From assembly GCF_016432865.1 (NCBI RefSeq), contig NC_067398.1:84630001-84694000 (forward strand): a stretch of 64,000 bases of DNA, read 5' to 3'. Below the pieces are notes generated by a model. It did no database searches, was not told where the DNA came from, and saw nothing but the letters and a program-made list of their open reading frames with translations. Shown here one piece after another: positions 44,801 through 54,650 of this stretch. Made by a program: the position numbers and the translations under genes. How positions within the stretch are numbered: position 1 is the first letter of the stretch; each line of letters opens with the position of its first letter. The stretch is from Antechinus flavipes. Taxonomy: Eukaryota.

Positions 44801-45403
44801 ATTTTGTGTAAGAGCTCTAATAGTAAATATTCTTATTTCTCATTCTGCTTAGGGGTCCAAATTGAAAAAAGAAAAAAAAAAAGATTTAAGTTGGTAGAAA
44901 AATACAGGACACAATAAGTAGGGCACTTACCACATTTGCCACCGGTGAGGTCTACATAGAACAGAGCCGACCTGGAACCACCAGAGAGATCCTAAATTCC
45001 TCAGCTTGGAGCCTTCCTATCCCCATTACTCCTTCACCCCCTTAACAATACATTGGAGGGGAGCTGATAGGCAACCACCAGAGTACAGAAAGACCCAGGC
45101 CCCCAGCTTCCAGTTCAGAGCAAGTAGCCAAGCCAAGTATAGGGATCTCAAGGAGAAGTTAGACCAGCCTTGCCCAATCAATCTGTTCCCATTCTTCTCA
45201 CCTGCGGTTGGTACAAAAACGCATTCCTAGTCGGAAAGGCTCATGCCACCAGCCCACAAACACCACACCAGTGTCACCAGGAGACCAGAATGCCTATGTG
45301 ACACATAAAACCAAACTCAGAGCAACAGGTCAACTGGCATGAGCCAGGGGAAGTATGACCAGAACTACAGGGTCCCCAAGGAGCCAGGGTTCACTGAGGT
45401 TTG

Positions 45404-45450
<47 letters not shown>

Positions 45451-48400
45451 TTCACAATTCATCAACACTTAGGAGTCCAAGTATGAAGGTAGTCCCTGCT
45501 ATGCTTTTAGTGCTGAATGGGTCCTGTTTCCAAACCCTCAGATGATCATCCTCAAAAGGATTGTTTCTTTATCTTTGTATAGAGAACACTGTACTGACCT
45601 GTCCTGGGGAAACATTCTCTGGGACTCCCTCTAGCACTGAGATGTTTCCACTTTCAATATCCAAAATACACAGGACTGGGATGCTTTTGGAAACCAAATT
45701 TTCTCCCCAGTCTTCATGAAATATATACTGATCTCCCTAAAAACAAAGAACACACACACACAAGAAAAAAAAAAAAAAAACAAGAAAAAATAAACACCAA
45801 CAACCCCCCTCCTCCACACACAAACACTCTTAAAACGCAGATACCACCAAAAACATTCTCAAACTAGTTTTGATCAGTTATTCAATAACCTTAACCTCAC
45901 TGAGGTTTTCCAAGGATCCTTTCTTAACTATTGTCTTAAATGTATCACACTGAATGCTGGTTATGTTGCAGCAAAGATGAGTTAGAAATGCCTCCCTCTA
46001 AGCCAAGAAATGCAGTGACAAAGTATCAGTTCTGCACCTTGACTGCTTGGTCCTGTTTCTTTGGCTTGGCTGTCTCTTCATCGCTGACCTCTACGGCTTT
46101 GGTCTGGAAGAAAGATTCTGTCTTGGGACGTTTCTTTTCAGCCACATAGAGAATATGGCTTTCTGAGTGTGACCAGGAAAGGCACCCAAAGCAATCTAAG
46201 AGAAAGGAGAACAAAAGTACCTGGATCTTGCCTGGCTCTGGATTTTACAGTCATTTCCCATCCCTCTCTTATGGGTGGCTGCCTTCAACCCCTTCTCCAG
46301 GCTCTAGATAAGGCTGACTTTCAACTTATAATAATAAAGTGGTCCATTAGTGTGAGTGATTATTAGTATTATCACTCTTATGGAATCTCACCATCCTCAT
46401 ACACAATCCCATGCTTCTCCAGCGCTGTTAGGTTGATGCTCTTCAGCTTACAATTCTTTTCCCAAACCTAATGTGAAGACAGAATGAAAGTCCCAACCAG
46501 ATCCCTTCATCTACTACATCAACCAGTCCCCTTTCTTCTCCAAAAATAGGAACATATTATTATTAATTATTATTATTGGCCTTAGTCATTTTCTATGACA
46601 AGGTAAGCTCCCCAGGACTATTTTTTCCACCCGCTTTCCGATATATGCCTTATCTACAAGATGCTCTCTCACTCTGGTCCTCAAGAAGAACTATCCACCC
46701 AGTTAAAGATAAAGCCTAATCTTGCTACCCGGACCTAGAGGCACAACACCCAGTGGCAATTAACCAAATTCCAGAGCAAGTGCCAAGGTCACTGAGAGAC
46801 TTGCCTCCAGGAACTGTTTCTCTTCCCCAGCCTTTGAACTCCCAGTTTTTCGAAGCACAGCCTTCAATGCCCCAGAGGGGGAATCTCTGCTCAGCAGCCT
46901 GTGGAAACACCATGACCAGCTGACTCCTGAGCCTGCCCAAAGCTAAGTCTGTCAGTTGGGGAGTTGCCAGGCCAGAATAGAATTCTTATCAAAAGGTAAT
47001 TTTTCCTGAATTTTGATGAACCAAGCATATTTGCTGCAAGAATTTCTTTTTCTTTTTATAAGTGGGATGAGTGAAGGGTTAAGTGAGGGAGAGAAATTAG
47101 ATTTTTATTCATTAAAAAAATAAAATCTGATTTTTAAAAAAAGTAGCTTATTATAGGGCTGGGACCTCTCACAGAAAACATGATATGAAACATAAACTCA
47201 AGACAAATATCTAAATCCAACCTAACCTTCAGTTCAAATCCCAACTACTTTAACTACTCTAATCCAACGATATCTTCCTTCTCTGAACTGCCAGTACATT
47301 TATAATCTATATACCATTTAACTGATTAGTGAAAGGATAAGTGAATCATGAAGTTTTGGATGCTAATGAAAAAAGCAACGATATTATTGATCCTGGGGTT
47401 CAGGATGTGTGGGAAGGCAAGTAGATTGATCAAGAAGTTGAGGTCTAGAGCTTTCAATGAGGGCAAAAACCAGTTCAGTCAGTATGAAAGAGTAGGTAAG
47501 AACAGACAAAACAGTTTTAAAATGGCACTTTTGAATGAATTTCAAGATTCTTGGAGAGGATGAGGAGGAGCATAGTTCAGAACAATTAAAAGCTAACGCT
47601 AAACAGTCTAGCAATAGTTTTTCTCTAATTCTTTTACCTTTAAAAATTCTGCCTGTCAAAATAAACTGTCAACTCTGGGAGGGTATACTTACCTCTCACA
47701 GAAGGGCCCTGCAAATAGTTGGGCCTTTAGTAAATACTTTGTAAATAAAATTGTAAGATGCATCAGGTCATAGGGAACTACTAGGAGAAAATATGAAAGC
47801 AGAAGCAGCTCCCTTATCCAGGTGGCTACTGGGACACATCCCAGGGATATAGGCCAGAAATGACCCTTGGGAGAAGGAGAATTAGGAACTTCTGAACAAG
47901 TATCCCTGCAGAGGGAGGTACTGGGGCTCCCCTAACACTTACTCCCCCTTGGTTTCAATGCTGTTGCCCGCAGGTCCAGAAAACACCACAGAGCCACCAT
48001 CGTGGAACACAAGATACTGGCGGCAGAACCGGATGCTCTCCATCCGGTCCAGGTCTCGCTGAGTCCATTCTGTAAGGGCAAGCCCAGAATCTGCAGCCCC
48101 GGCCCGGCAAGGTTCTTCATTCAGACTTCCCAGCCCAGCCCCATTCCTCCCCCTTCCCCCATGGCTGTAAAGGACTTCAGGCCCTCAGAGACGGAGACTA
48201 ATAAGAGGATTACAAACGAAGAGAATTTAGAGTTTCCTCTAGTACAACCCTCATCACTTGACAAGAGATGCAAGGGAGAGCACTTGCTGGGAGCTGTCCA
48301 GAAATGCTCTTCACTAGAAGCCAGGTGTCCTCCCCCGGGGTTATCCCGCACATCCCCGGGGGCCTCCGGGTGCTCTCCAGGGCCATCTCCCTAAACCCAG

Positions 48401-48960
48401 TCCCCTGGGCACCCGCTCCTGCCTCAGTCTTCTTTGTGAAGTTACCCCCAACCAGAATCCCCACTCCCCCGAAGCCTTCCTCTTCTCGGCCGTCCCGCCC
48501 CCCAGTTCCTCTTAGCCCCGCTCTGCATCCCGGCTTCCAGGCCCCCATCATGCCCCCTTTTGAGCACGCACACAAGTGCACTTCCTCATCCTGGGCAGCC
48601 CCAAGCCTAAAGCCGGCGCTGTGAGCCTGGCCAGGCCCCCGGCCCGCTGCGCCGGTGAGCCCCTTCCTTCCCGCGGTCCCTCCCCGTCGGGCCCCACGCC
48701 GCGGCACCTGAATGCACCGTGCGGTACTTGCCACCGTACTGGGTGGTGACCTCGGGGCCCAGGCCGGCGGTGACCAGCGCGGGGTGGCGGCTCAGCGCTC
48801 GGTACAGCGCCGTGGCCTCGTCCAGCTCGCTCATCTGCACCTGCGCGGGGGGAACACACGGGTCAGGCCGCGGCTGCCGAGCCGGGGAGAGCCGAGCCGG
48901 AGCCGGAGCCGGGGCAGGAGCCAGGGCTGACGCGCGCCGAGCTCGTACCTGTCGCTCCAT
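32734..48960 (-). CDS. APEH: Acylamino-acid-releasing enzyme (S9 prolyl oligopeptidase family); 22 coding exons, 730 aa
   Basis: Starts MERQV. Catalytic Ser in GGSHGG, Asp in QEDKRV and His in SNHSL. Exons sum to 2193 nt with consistent phases. Confidence 0.98.
32985..33091 (-). CDS. APEH: APEH exon 21 (catalytic Asp)
   Basis: [36 protein letters not shown], 107 nt. Confidence 0.97.
33177..33279 (-). CDS. APEH: APEH exon 20
   Basis: [34 protein letters not shown], 103 nt. Confidence 0.97.
33698..33888 (-). CDS. APEH: APEH exon 19 (catalytic Ser)
   Basis: [40 protein letters not shown]...DIPDW, 191 nt. Confidence 0.98.
34408..34496 (-). CDS. APEH: APEH exon 18
   Basis: [30 protein letters not shown], 89 nt. 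Confidence 0.97.
34836..34916 (-). CDS. APEH: APEH exon 17
   Basis: [27 protein letters not shown], 81 nt. Confidence 0.97.
   Translation of the reverse strand, partial: GDPIHLLWQAGCCFLLFSVRWALLSC
34993..35076 (-). CDS. APEH: APEH exon 16
   Basis: [27 protein letters not shown], 84 nt. Confidence 0.96.
36272..36410 (-). CDS. APEH: APEH exon 15
   Basis: [46 protein letters not shown], 139 nt. Confidence 0.96.
36657..37128 (+). mobile_element. Young 5'-truncated L1 with poly(A) tail and TSD in APEH intron 14
   Basis: gagacttacatgaactgatgctgagtgaaatgagcagaaccagg... then AATAAA and an A-tail. Flanked by AAACATATCCTC (ends 36656) and AAAAATATCCTC (ends 37140). Confidence 0.9.
37653..37741 (-). 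CDS. APEH: APEH exon 14
   Basis: [30 protein letters not shown], 89 nt. Confidence 0.96.
38427..38478 (-). CDS. APEH: APEH exon 13
   Basis: [17 protein letters not shown], 52 nt. Confidence 0.94.
39571..39668 (-). CDS. APEH: APEH exon 12
   Basis: [32 protein letters not shown], 98 nt. Confidence 0.96.
43553..43613 (-). CDS. APEH: APEH exon 11
   Basis: [20 protein letters not shown], 61 nt. Confidence 0.96.
44468..44589 (-). CDS. APEH: APEH exon 10
   Basis: [41 protein letters not shown], 122 nt. Confidence 0.97.
44931..44971 (-). CDS. APEH: APEH exon 9
   Basis: [13 protein letters not shown], 41 nt. Confidence 0.94.
45202..45293 (-). CDS. APEH: APEH exon 8
   Basis: [31 protein letters not shown], 92 nt. 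Confidence 0.97.
45405..45446. repeat. (CA)21 microsatellite in APEH intron 7
   Basis: Pure CA run. Confidence 0.97.
45599..45736 (-). CDS. APEH: APEH exon 7
   Basis: [46 protein letters not shown], 138 nt. Confidence 0.97.
46038..46195 (-). CDS. APEH: APEH exon 6
   Basis: [53 protein letters not shown], 158 nt. Confidence 0.97.
46392..46467 (-). CDS. APEH: APEH exon 5
   Basis: [25 protein letters not shown], 76 nt. Confidence 0.96.
46805..46898 (-). CDS. APEH: APEH exon 4 (GC donor)
   Basis: [31 protein letters not shown]|GCAAGT, 94 nt. Confidence 0.94.
47943..48069 (-). CDS. APEH: APEH exon 3
   Basis: [43 protein letters not shown], 127 nt. Confidence 0.97.
48708..48840 (-). CDS. APEH: APEH exon 2
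   Basis: [44 protein letters not shown], 133 nt. Confidence 0.97.
48949..48960 (-). CDS. APEH: APEH exon 1 coding part
   Basis: ATG GAG CGA CAG|gtacga (MERQ). Confidence 0.93.
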
Positions 48961-50873
48961 GGAAGCGGCTCCCGGGAGTCAAGGGGCGGGGATTCTTTTC
49001 TGTCCGGAAGGACCCAATCAGCTGCGGGGCGGGGCCCAGGTCGCATTTCCGCAGTGCCTGAGGGCAAAGCGCTCCGAATGGATACGCCCTCTCCATGGTG
49101 CGCCCCAATAGGAGAGGAGAGGCGGGGCCGGAGTGGGTGCGGCTCAGGAAAGGCGGGATTGAAGTGCTTTCTCACCAATCTCCGCTGCTGCTCGAATGCT
49201 GAGTCCCCATCCCACTCAAAGACACGCCTTCTCTACTCAGGCACTCTCTTGAGAGGCGGGGCGTCAAGGGCACGACTCCTCCGGTTGGTGGCTGTAGGCG
49301 GGGACTGCGCCTTTCCTCCAGTGCGTGCTCATCTTTGTAGCCAGTCCCGCCCCTTCGGTTTGTCTGGATCCCGGCACTTCCAGGAGTCAGGCGTTGCCAG
49401 TCCAGGTGTAACAATCCAGCATCCTCGGGCAAAAGAAACCATTTACATACGTCCCCTCGAAAATCCCCAAGGCCTTAGAGGATTCTACTCAACATCGTTT
49501 GTTTAAGCGCCTACTTACGCGCCAGGCACTGTGCTAAGCCCCGGAGATGCTAACAAAAGCCAAAGCAGCCCCAGCTCTGAGTGCCAACTGCTCTGCACAA
49601 GTAAGACACAGACAGGACGGGGCAGTCCCCGAGGGAAGGCATTCTCATTGAATAGGAGCAGGAAAGGAATTTTGCAAAAGGGGAGACTTTGGCTGAGATG
49701 AGAAGGAAGGTAAGAGACAGAGACAAGAAATTAATGCATTTGATTTCAAATTGTTATATTAGGAAATAACCATCTTAGAGCAAGGTTGCCAACTGCCTTC
49801 ACCAGGCTGGTGGCAGCCCCTTCCCAGATTTTAAAATTGGAATGGACTCTATAAGCCATTTGGTTGCATCCCCTCATTTTACAGAGGAGTCAGAGAGAGA
49901 ACTGTTCTTTAATGATGATTTAGGGATTTGATTGGTTTGGTGAGTTTGGTGTCTTTTGGTTTTCCTTAACAGATGACTCTTGAGTTGCAATTGCCAAAAA
50001 GAAGGAGGAAGAGAAGAATTTAATCTATCCTGATTTATGGTTGGAAAGGGTCTTACTGGTCGAATGCAACACCTTCATGTAACAGACAAATTGAAGGCAA
50101 GAGGTGATGAGTGAGGCCTGTGGGGGCCTGGGCTCTGATTGGTGATCATTCAAGTCACCTTTTACCCAGCGCTGTGTCATGTCTTGAAACCATTTCGGGA
50201 TATCGCTAAGCCATGATGCATTTCTAACTCTTCCTCTTCTCCCCTTCCAACCTTATGTTGTCTTTTTCTCTTACAATTTGGAGACTGTCTTGCTTGTCTT
50301 TGCATTCCCAGTGCTTAGCCCAATGCCTAGCACATAGAAGGTGATCAATAATCATTCATTCATTCCCCAAATACACCCAAGCCATAAGCTGTAGAACGGC
50401 AAATGGAATTCAGGTGCTGTAAAGTCAACAACCATTTATTTATTAAACATTTATGTAGCAGATACTGTGCTTTGTGACTCTAAGTTTTCGTTTCAGCACA
50501 CTTCCCATTGAATCATGCCTCTTTCAGGCCAAACCTGGTGATAAATCTCTTTGCACTCAAAAAATTAAGGTTTTGGATGCTGGACCACATTGAGTCCTGG
50601 GTCTCCTGCCTGGTGAAATAATATTGGATTCACTCAAAGACATCAAGCCCTGATGCAAAAGCCCTAGCACCATAAAAACATTTAGCCCTTGTGAACCTCA
50701 TTTATTCATCTTTTAAAGGGGAATAATGATACTTGTGTACTTCACAAGGTTGTTGGGAGAAAATAATTTTGCAATAAGTGAGATACGACCTGAACCTGTA
50801 ATTTAATTGATAGAACTTTGAGATGAGAACGAGCCTTCAACCAATGCTAGTCCTTCAGTCTAGTGGCCCAGGG

Positions 50874-52958
50874 AAGCCCTTTCTCAAAGTGTGATTCATA
50901 GATTGCAGAGGCTCCCTGAGACATTATCAAGCAGATTGGTGAGATTGAAACTATTTTTATTAATACCAAGACATTATTTACCTTTTTCGCAAGGAAAATT
51001 AGTTCTTCAACAAGCACGCAGTGCAGTTTTCTAGAAGCTACATGACAATAATATAACACCAATTTAGTAGCTAATATTAAGACTGAGTTACTTTTGGGAG
51101 ATGACTAAGAACCATTACATTGATTTCCCAATCCCTATATTTTTGTCAGCCTGCATTTTTTGATTTCCTTCATAGGCTAATTGTACAATATTTCAGAAGC
51201 CGATTCTTTTTGTACAGCAAAATAACAGTTTGGACATGTATACTTATTTTGTATTTAATTTATACTTTAATATATTTAACATGTATTGGTCATCTTGCCA
51301 TCTAGGAAAGGTGGGTGAGGGGAAGGAGAGGAAAAATTGGAACAAAAGGTTGACAATTGTCAATGCTGTAAAATTACCCATGCATATAACTTGTAAAAAA
51401 AAAAAAAGCTATTAAAAATTTTTAAAAAAAGAAAGAAATTTTTAAAAAAAGACTGAGTTACTGCCTCTTTTGCAGAATTGTACTTGTGCCTTACAAGTGA
51501 TTGAATCTACAGATATGATTGGGCTTGCTCTTTTGCTTCCATTTATTTAACATCAGCACCAATGTATCACCAAAGATGATAGTCTTTTATCAAATACAAA
51601 TACAAAGTGGTGCTGAAATATTCAAAGTATTGAATAACTTTCTGGAACCTCATAGTTTATGATAGGACAACTGTGTTGACATTTGTATTGATGGTACAGA
51701 CATTTGTATTGATGATGTACAGACACCCAATGGTGGGTGAAACTATTGTTGGGATGAATTAAGGCAATGGCATCCCTAAGTATCATGCAGTTAAAAAAAA
51801 CCCAACAAGTCAGTTTTATCAAAGAATGTCCTTAATGAAGCATAAAAAATGATTAATTTTTGTTAAATTTCTGCTCTTGAGTATAAATCTTATTAATATT
51901 CTGTGTGACAAAATAGGTACTATGCATAAATCATTTTTGTATACCAGAGTAAGATGATTGTCTTAAGGAAATACATTTGTGTGGTTGAATCACAAGCTGA
52001 ACTAGCCATTTTTTTTTTAAAAGGAATACCATTTTTACTTGAAAGAATGACTGCCAGACAAATGAGAGTTATTTAGACTTGGGTATTTGGCAGACATTTT
52101 CTTGAAAATGAATGGAATGAGCCTGTCTCATCAAGGAAAACAACTGACAATATTCCTTGCCAGTGATAAAATTCAAACTTTTAAGTGAATATTAGAATTT
52201 TGGAAAACTTTTATCTGCTATGAGGAGCTTCTCAGTTTCTTAGTACTTGAAAGGCTTTTCAAATGAGATGGATGATGATATTTACAAACATAATTTTTTT
52301 CTATTATATAATAAAATGTGTCAGTGTTTAAAAGCTCTGTATGATTTAATGATCAATAATTTCCAAATTTCTCTGTTATAAAATTATACATGAGTAAAAG
52401 ATCTATTCAAAGTGCAAGACAGACCATTGGGTTTTAATGTAACAGAGTAAGGAAAGTTCATTGATACAATATTCATTGCAATTAACCTTTAAGAAACTAG
52501 CAGCTGTTGAGTTTTGGTATAGCATCAGAGAACTTAGCCACAATTATCTGGAAAAGCTATTAAAGTGCTCCTCTCTTATCCAACTCCATATCTGTAGAAG
52601 GTGGGATTTTCTTTATATACTATAATCAAAACAAAATATCCTAACAGATGGAATGCAAAAACATTTGTCTTCTATTAAGCTAGGCATAAGAGATTCACAA
52701 AAGTCTAAAGCAATACTACTCAAGAAATGTGTTTTTGTTTTGGAAATTATGGCTATTTTTCACAAAAATGTTATCTATGTTAACATGTAATGGGTTTGTT
52801 ATTATTATTTTTAAATGAATTAATAAGGACATATTTTTAAATATCAGTTTTAATTCCTAAAATGGTAAATATTGATAAATATAACCCACATAAACAAAAG
52901 CTCTTTGGGAGTCCCAATCAGGGAATATAAAAGAATTCCTGAGACCTAAAATGGGGTA
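50874..52958 (+). mobile_element. Charlie1-like hAT DNA transposon remnant
   Basis: Start ttctcaaagtgtg...ccctgagac...aaactattttt. Internal decayed transposase (gggtatttggcagacattttcttgaaaatgaat). End atattgataaatataacccacataaacaaaagctctttggg...cctgagacc. Confidence 0.8.
51093..51448 (+). mobile_element. 5'-truncated L1 inserted into the Charlie1-like element
   Basis: L1 3' UTR plus A-tail, with an exact 14-bp TSD AAGACTGAGTTACT at 51079-51092 and 51449-51462. Confidence 0.9.
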
Positions 52959-53039
52959 CTGTGGCAAACACTGGGGCACTGTGCTAAATGGTGTCACAGG
53001 CCCTTTTTCCCCCTCTTTGTTTTTGTGCTATCATATAAG

Positions 53040-53940
53040 TTCCCCAGAGTTAATATCATCTTTATGCAGATGATTTCCAGATCTATATCCAGCTCTCATT
53101 TATTTCCTGAGCTACATCACCAACTGTCTACTGGACATTTCAAATTGTAGGTCCAATACATGCCTCAAACTCAATGTTTCCAAAACAGAGCTCATTGTAA
53201 TTGCCCCTAAATCCTTCCTTGTTTTGTCCTTCTCTCTTATTGGCAAGAATCCCACTGTGCTCCTACTCACTCATTTTTGAAATCTTAAGACTCCTTGCTT
53301 GCACCCATCTCTCCTATCTATTCAGTTGTCAAATCTTGCCATTTTTGCTTTTATAGCATCTCTCATATGTCCCCTTCTCTTCATTCACGTGGCTACCATT
53401 CCACTTCTGAACTATTCCTCTTTTCTGAATTATTGAAACAGATTTGTAACTGGTTTCCCTTCCTCAAGTCTTTCACTACTCTGATCCAAAGTGATTCTCC
53501 AAAATGAAGTCTTGTCTCTGTCTTCTCCCTATTAAATACATCAACCTCAGAGATTAAATGTCTACTTTGGCACCTGAAGCACTTTACAATTTCATGCCCT
53601 CCTTGCTTTCCAATCTAGATTCACTTTCATGAGTTCTATAATCCAGCCGTACTGGGCTAATCTGCTGTTTCTGGAACATGATACTCTGCCTCCATCGTTT
53701 GCTCTGGCTGTCCCCCAGGCCTGAAATGTTCTGATTCTCATTTCTAATTCCTAGAGTTCCTGGCTTGCTTTGAAATTTCTTTTACATCCACCTACTTTGG
53801 GAGGCCTCTGCTGGTCCTACCTTCCCTCTATCCCCAGCTGCCAAGGTTTTCCCTATGTAAGGTTACCTTCCATCTATTCTATGTATCCAATATGTACCTA
53901 ATTATTGACACATTGTTGTCCCCATTAAAATATGGTATAT
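53040..53940 (+). mobile_element. LINE2 3' region
   Basis: catctttatgcagatgatttccagatctat (YADD-like), ctcaaactcaatgtttccaaaacagagctc, and an L2-type end. Confidence 0.7.
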
Positions 53941-54524
53941 ACTAAATTTGCTCAATGATTGATGTTATAGAAAAAAAAAACTCTTATGTCAAGATGGAAA
54001 GTCTCTCAAAGAACATCTAATTAAATTTATAGCTGCAGATGCTAATTCCAATGTTCAGGTTTTTTTTTATTAAAAAATGTGAGATAGTATCATCCTGAAC
54101 TAGTTAATTTTAATATGAGCCTACTTTCTGAGGCTAAGCCTATTTCTTCATCTGCAAAAAAAAAAAAAAGAGAGAGAATAATAATATTTGCCCACAAGAA
54201 AGGATTGTTGTGAGGGAAGCATTTTGTATATCTTAAAGTGAAGCAGAAATATTATAATGATTAAATCTTTAAGGGTGGGATGCTATGGACAGGTTGAAGG
54301 TACACCAGTGAGTGAGAGCCTGGGAACAAAAACAGTGAAGAAAATTTTGAGTTTGCATCTATGTTACCAGGTTTGAAAACTGAACTGTGGCCTGATGGAA
54401 GGCTGCTAGATGGCCATTTTTACTAGTTTTAGAACCTGGTGAGGATGGCCTCTTGTTTTTCTTTAAAAGGTATTCTTGAGAAAGCTGACTAATGTCAAAT
54501 TAGCCTTTTTTTCTTTCTTTTTTT

Positions 54525-54650
54525 TTTTTAGGCAATGGGGTTAAGTGACTTAACCAGGTTCACATAGTTGTAAGTGTCTGAGGCAGAATTTGAACTCAGG
54601 CTCTTCTAACTTTAATACTTTATTCACTGTGCCACCTAGATGTCCCTGTC
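54525..54650 (-). mobile_element. WSINE1-like short SINE
   Basis: T-tail, then ggcaatggggttaagtgactt...aagtgtctgaggcagaatttgaactcagg...cactgtgccacctag. Confidence 0.7.

Larger units (their letters stand above)
48540..49400. promoter_or_regulatory. APEH CpG-island promoter
   Basis: CpG dense, with several GGGGCGGG-type boxes (48983, 49027, 49120, 49255), CCAAT motifs (about 49014, 49105, 49175) and CCGGAAG near 49004. Confidence 0.85.

Noticed and set aside
48002-49506. Multiple overlapping 100-170 aa ORFs around the APEH start
   Set aside because: CpG-island artefacts; only the APEH exon segments are supported.
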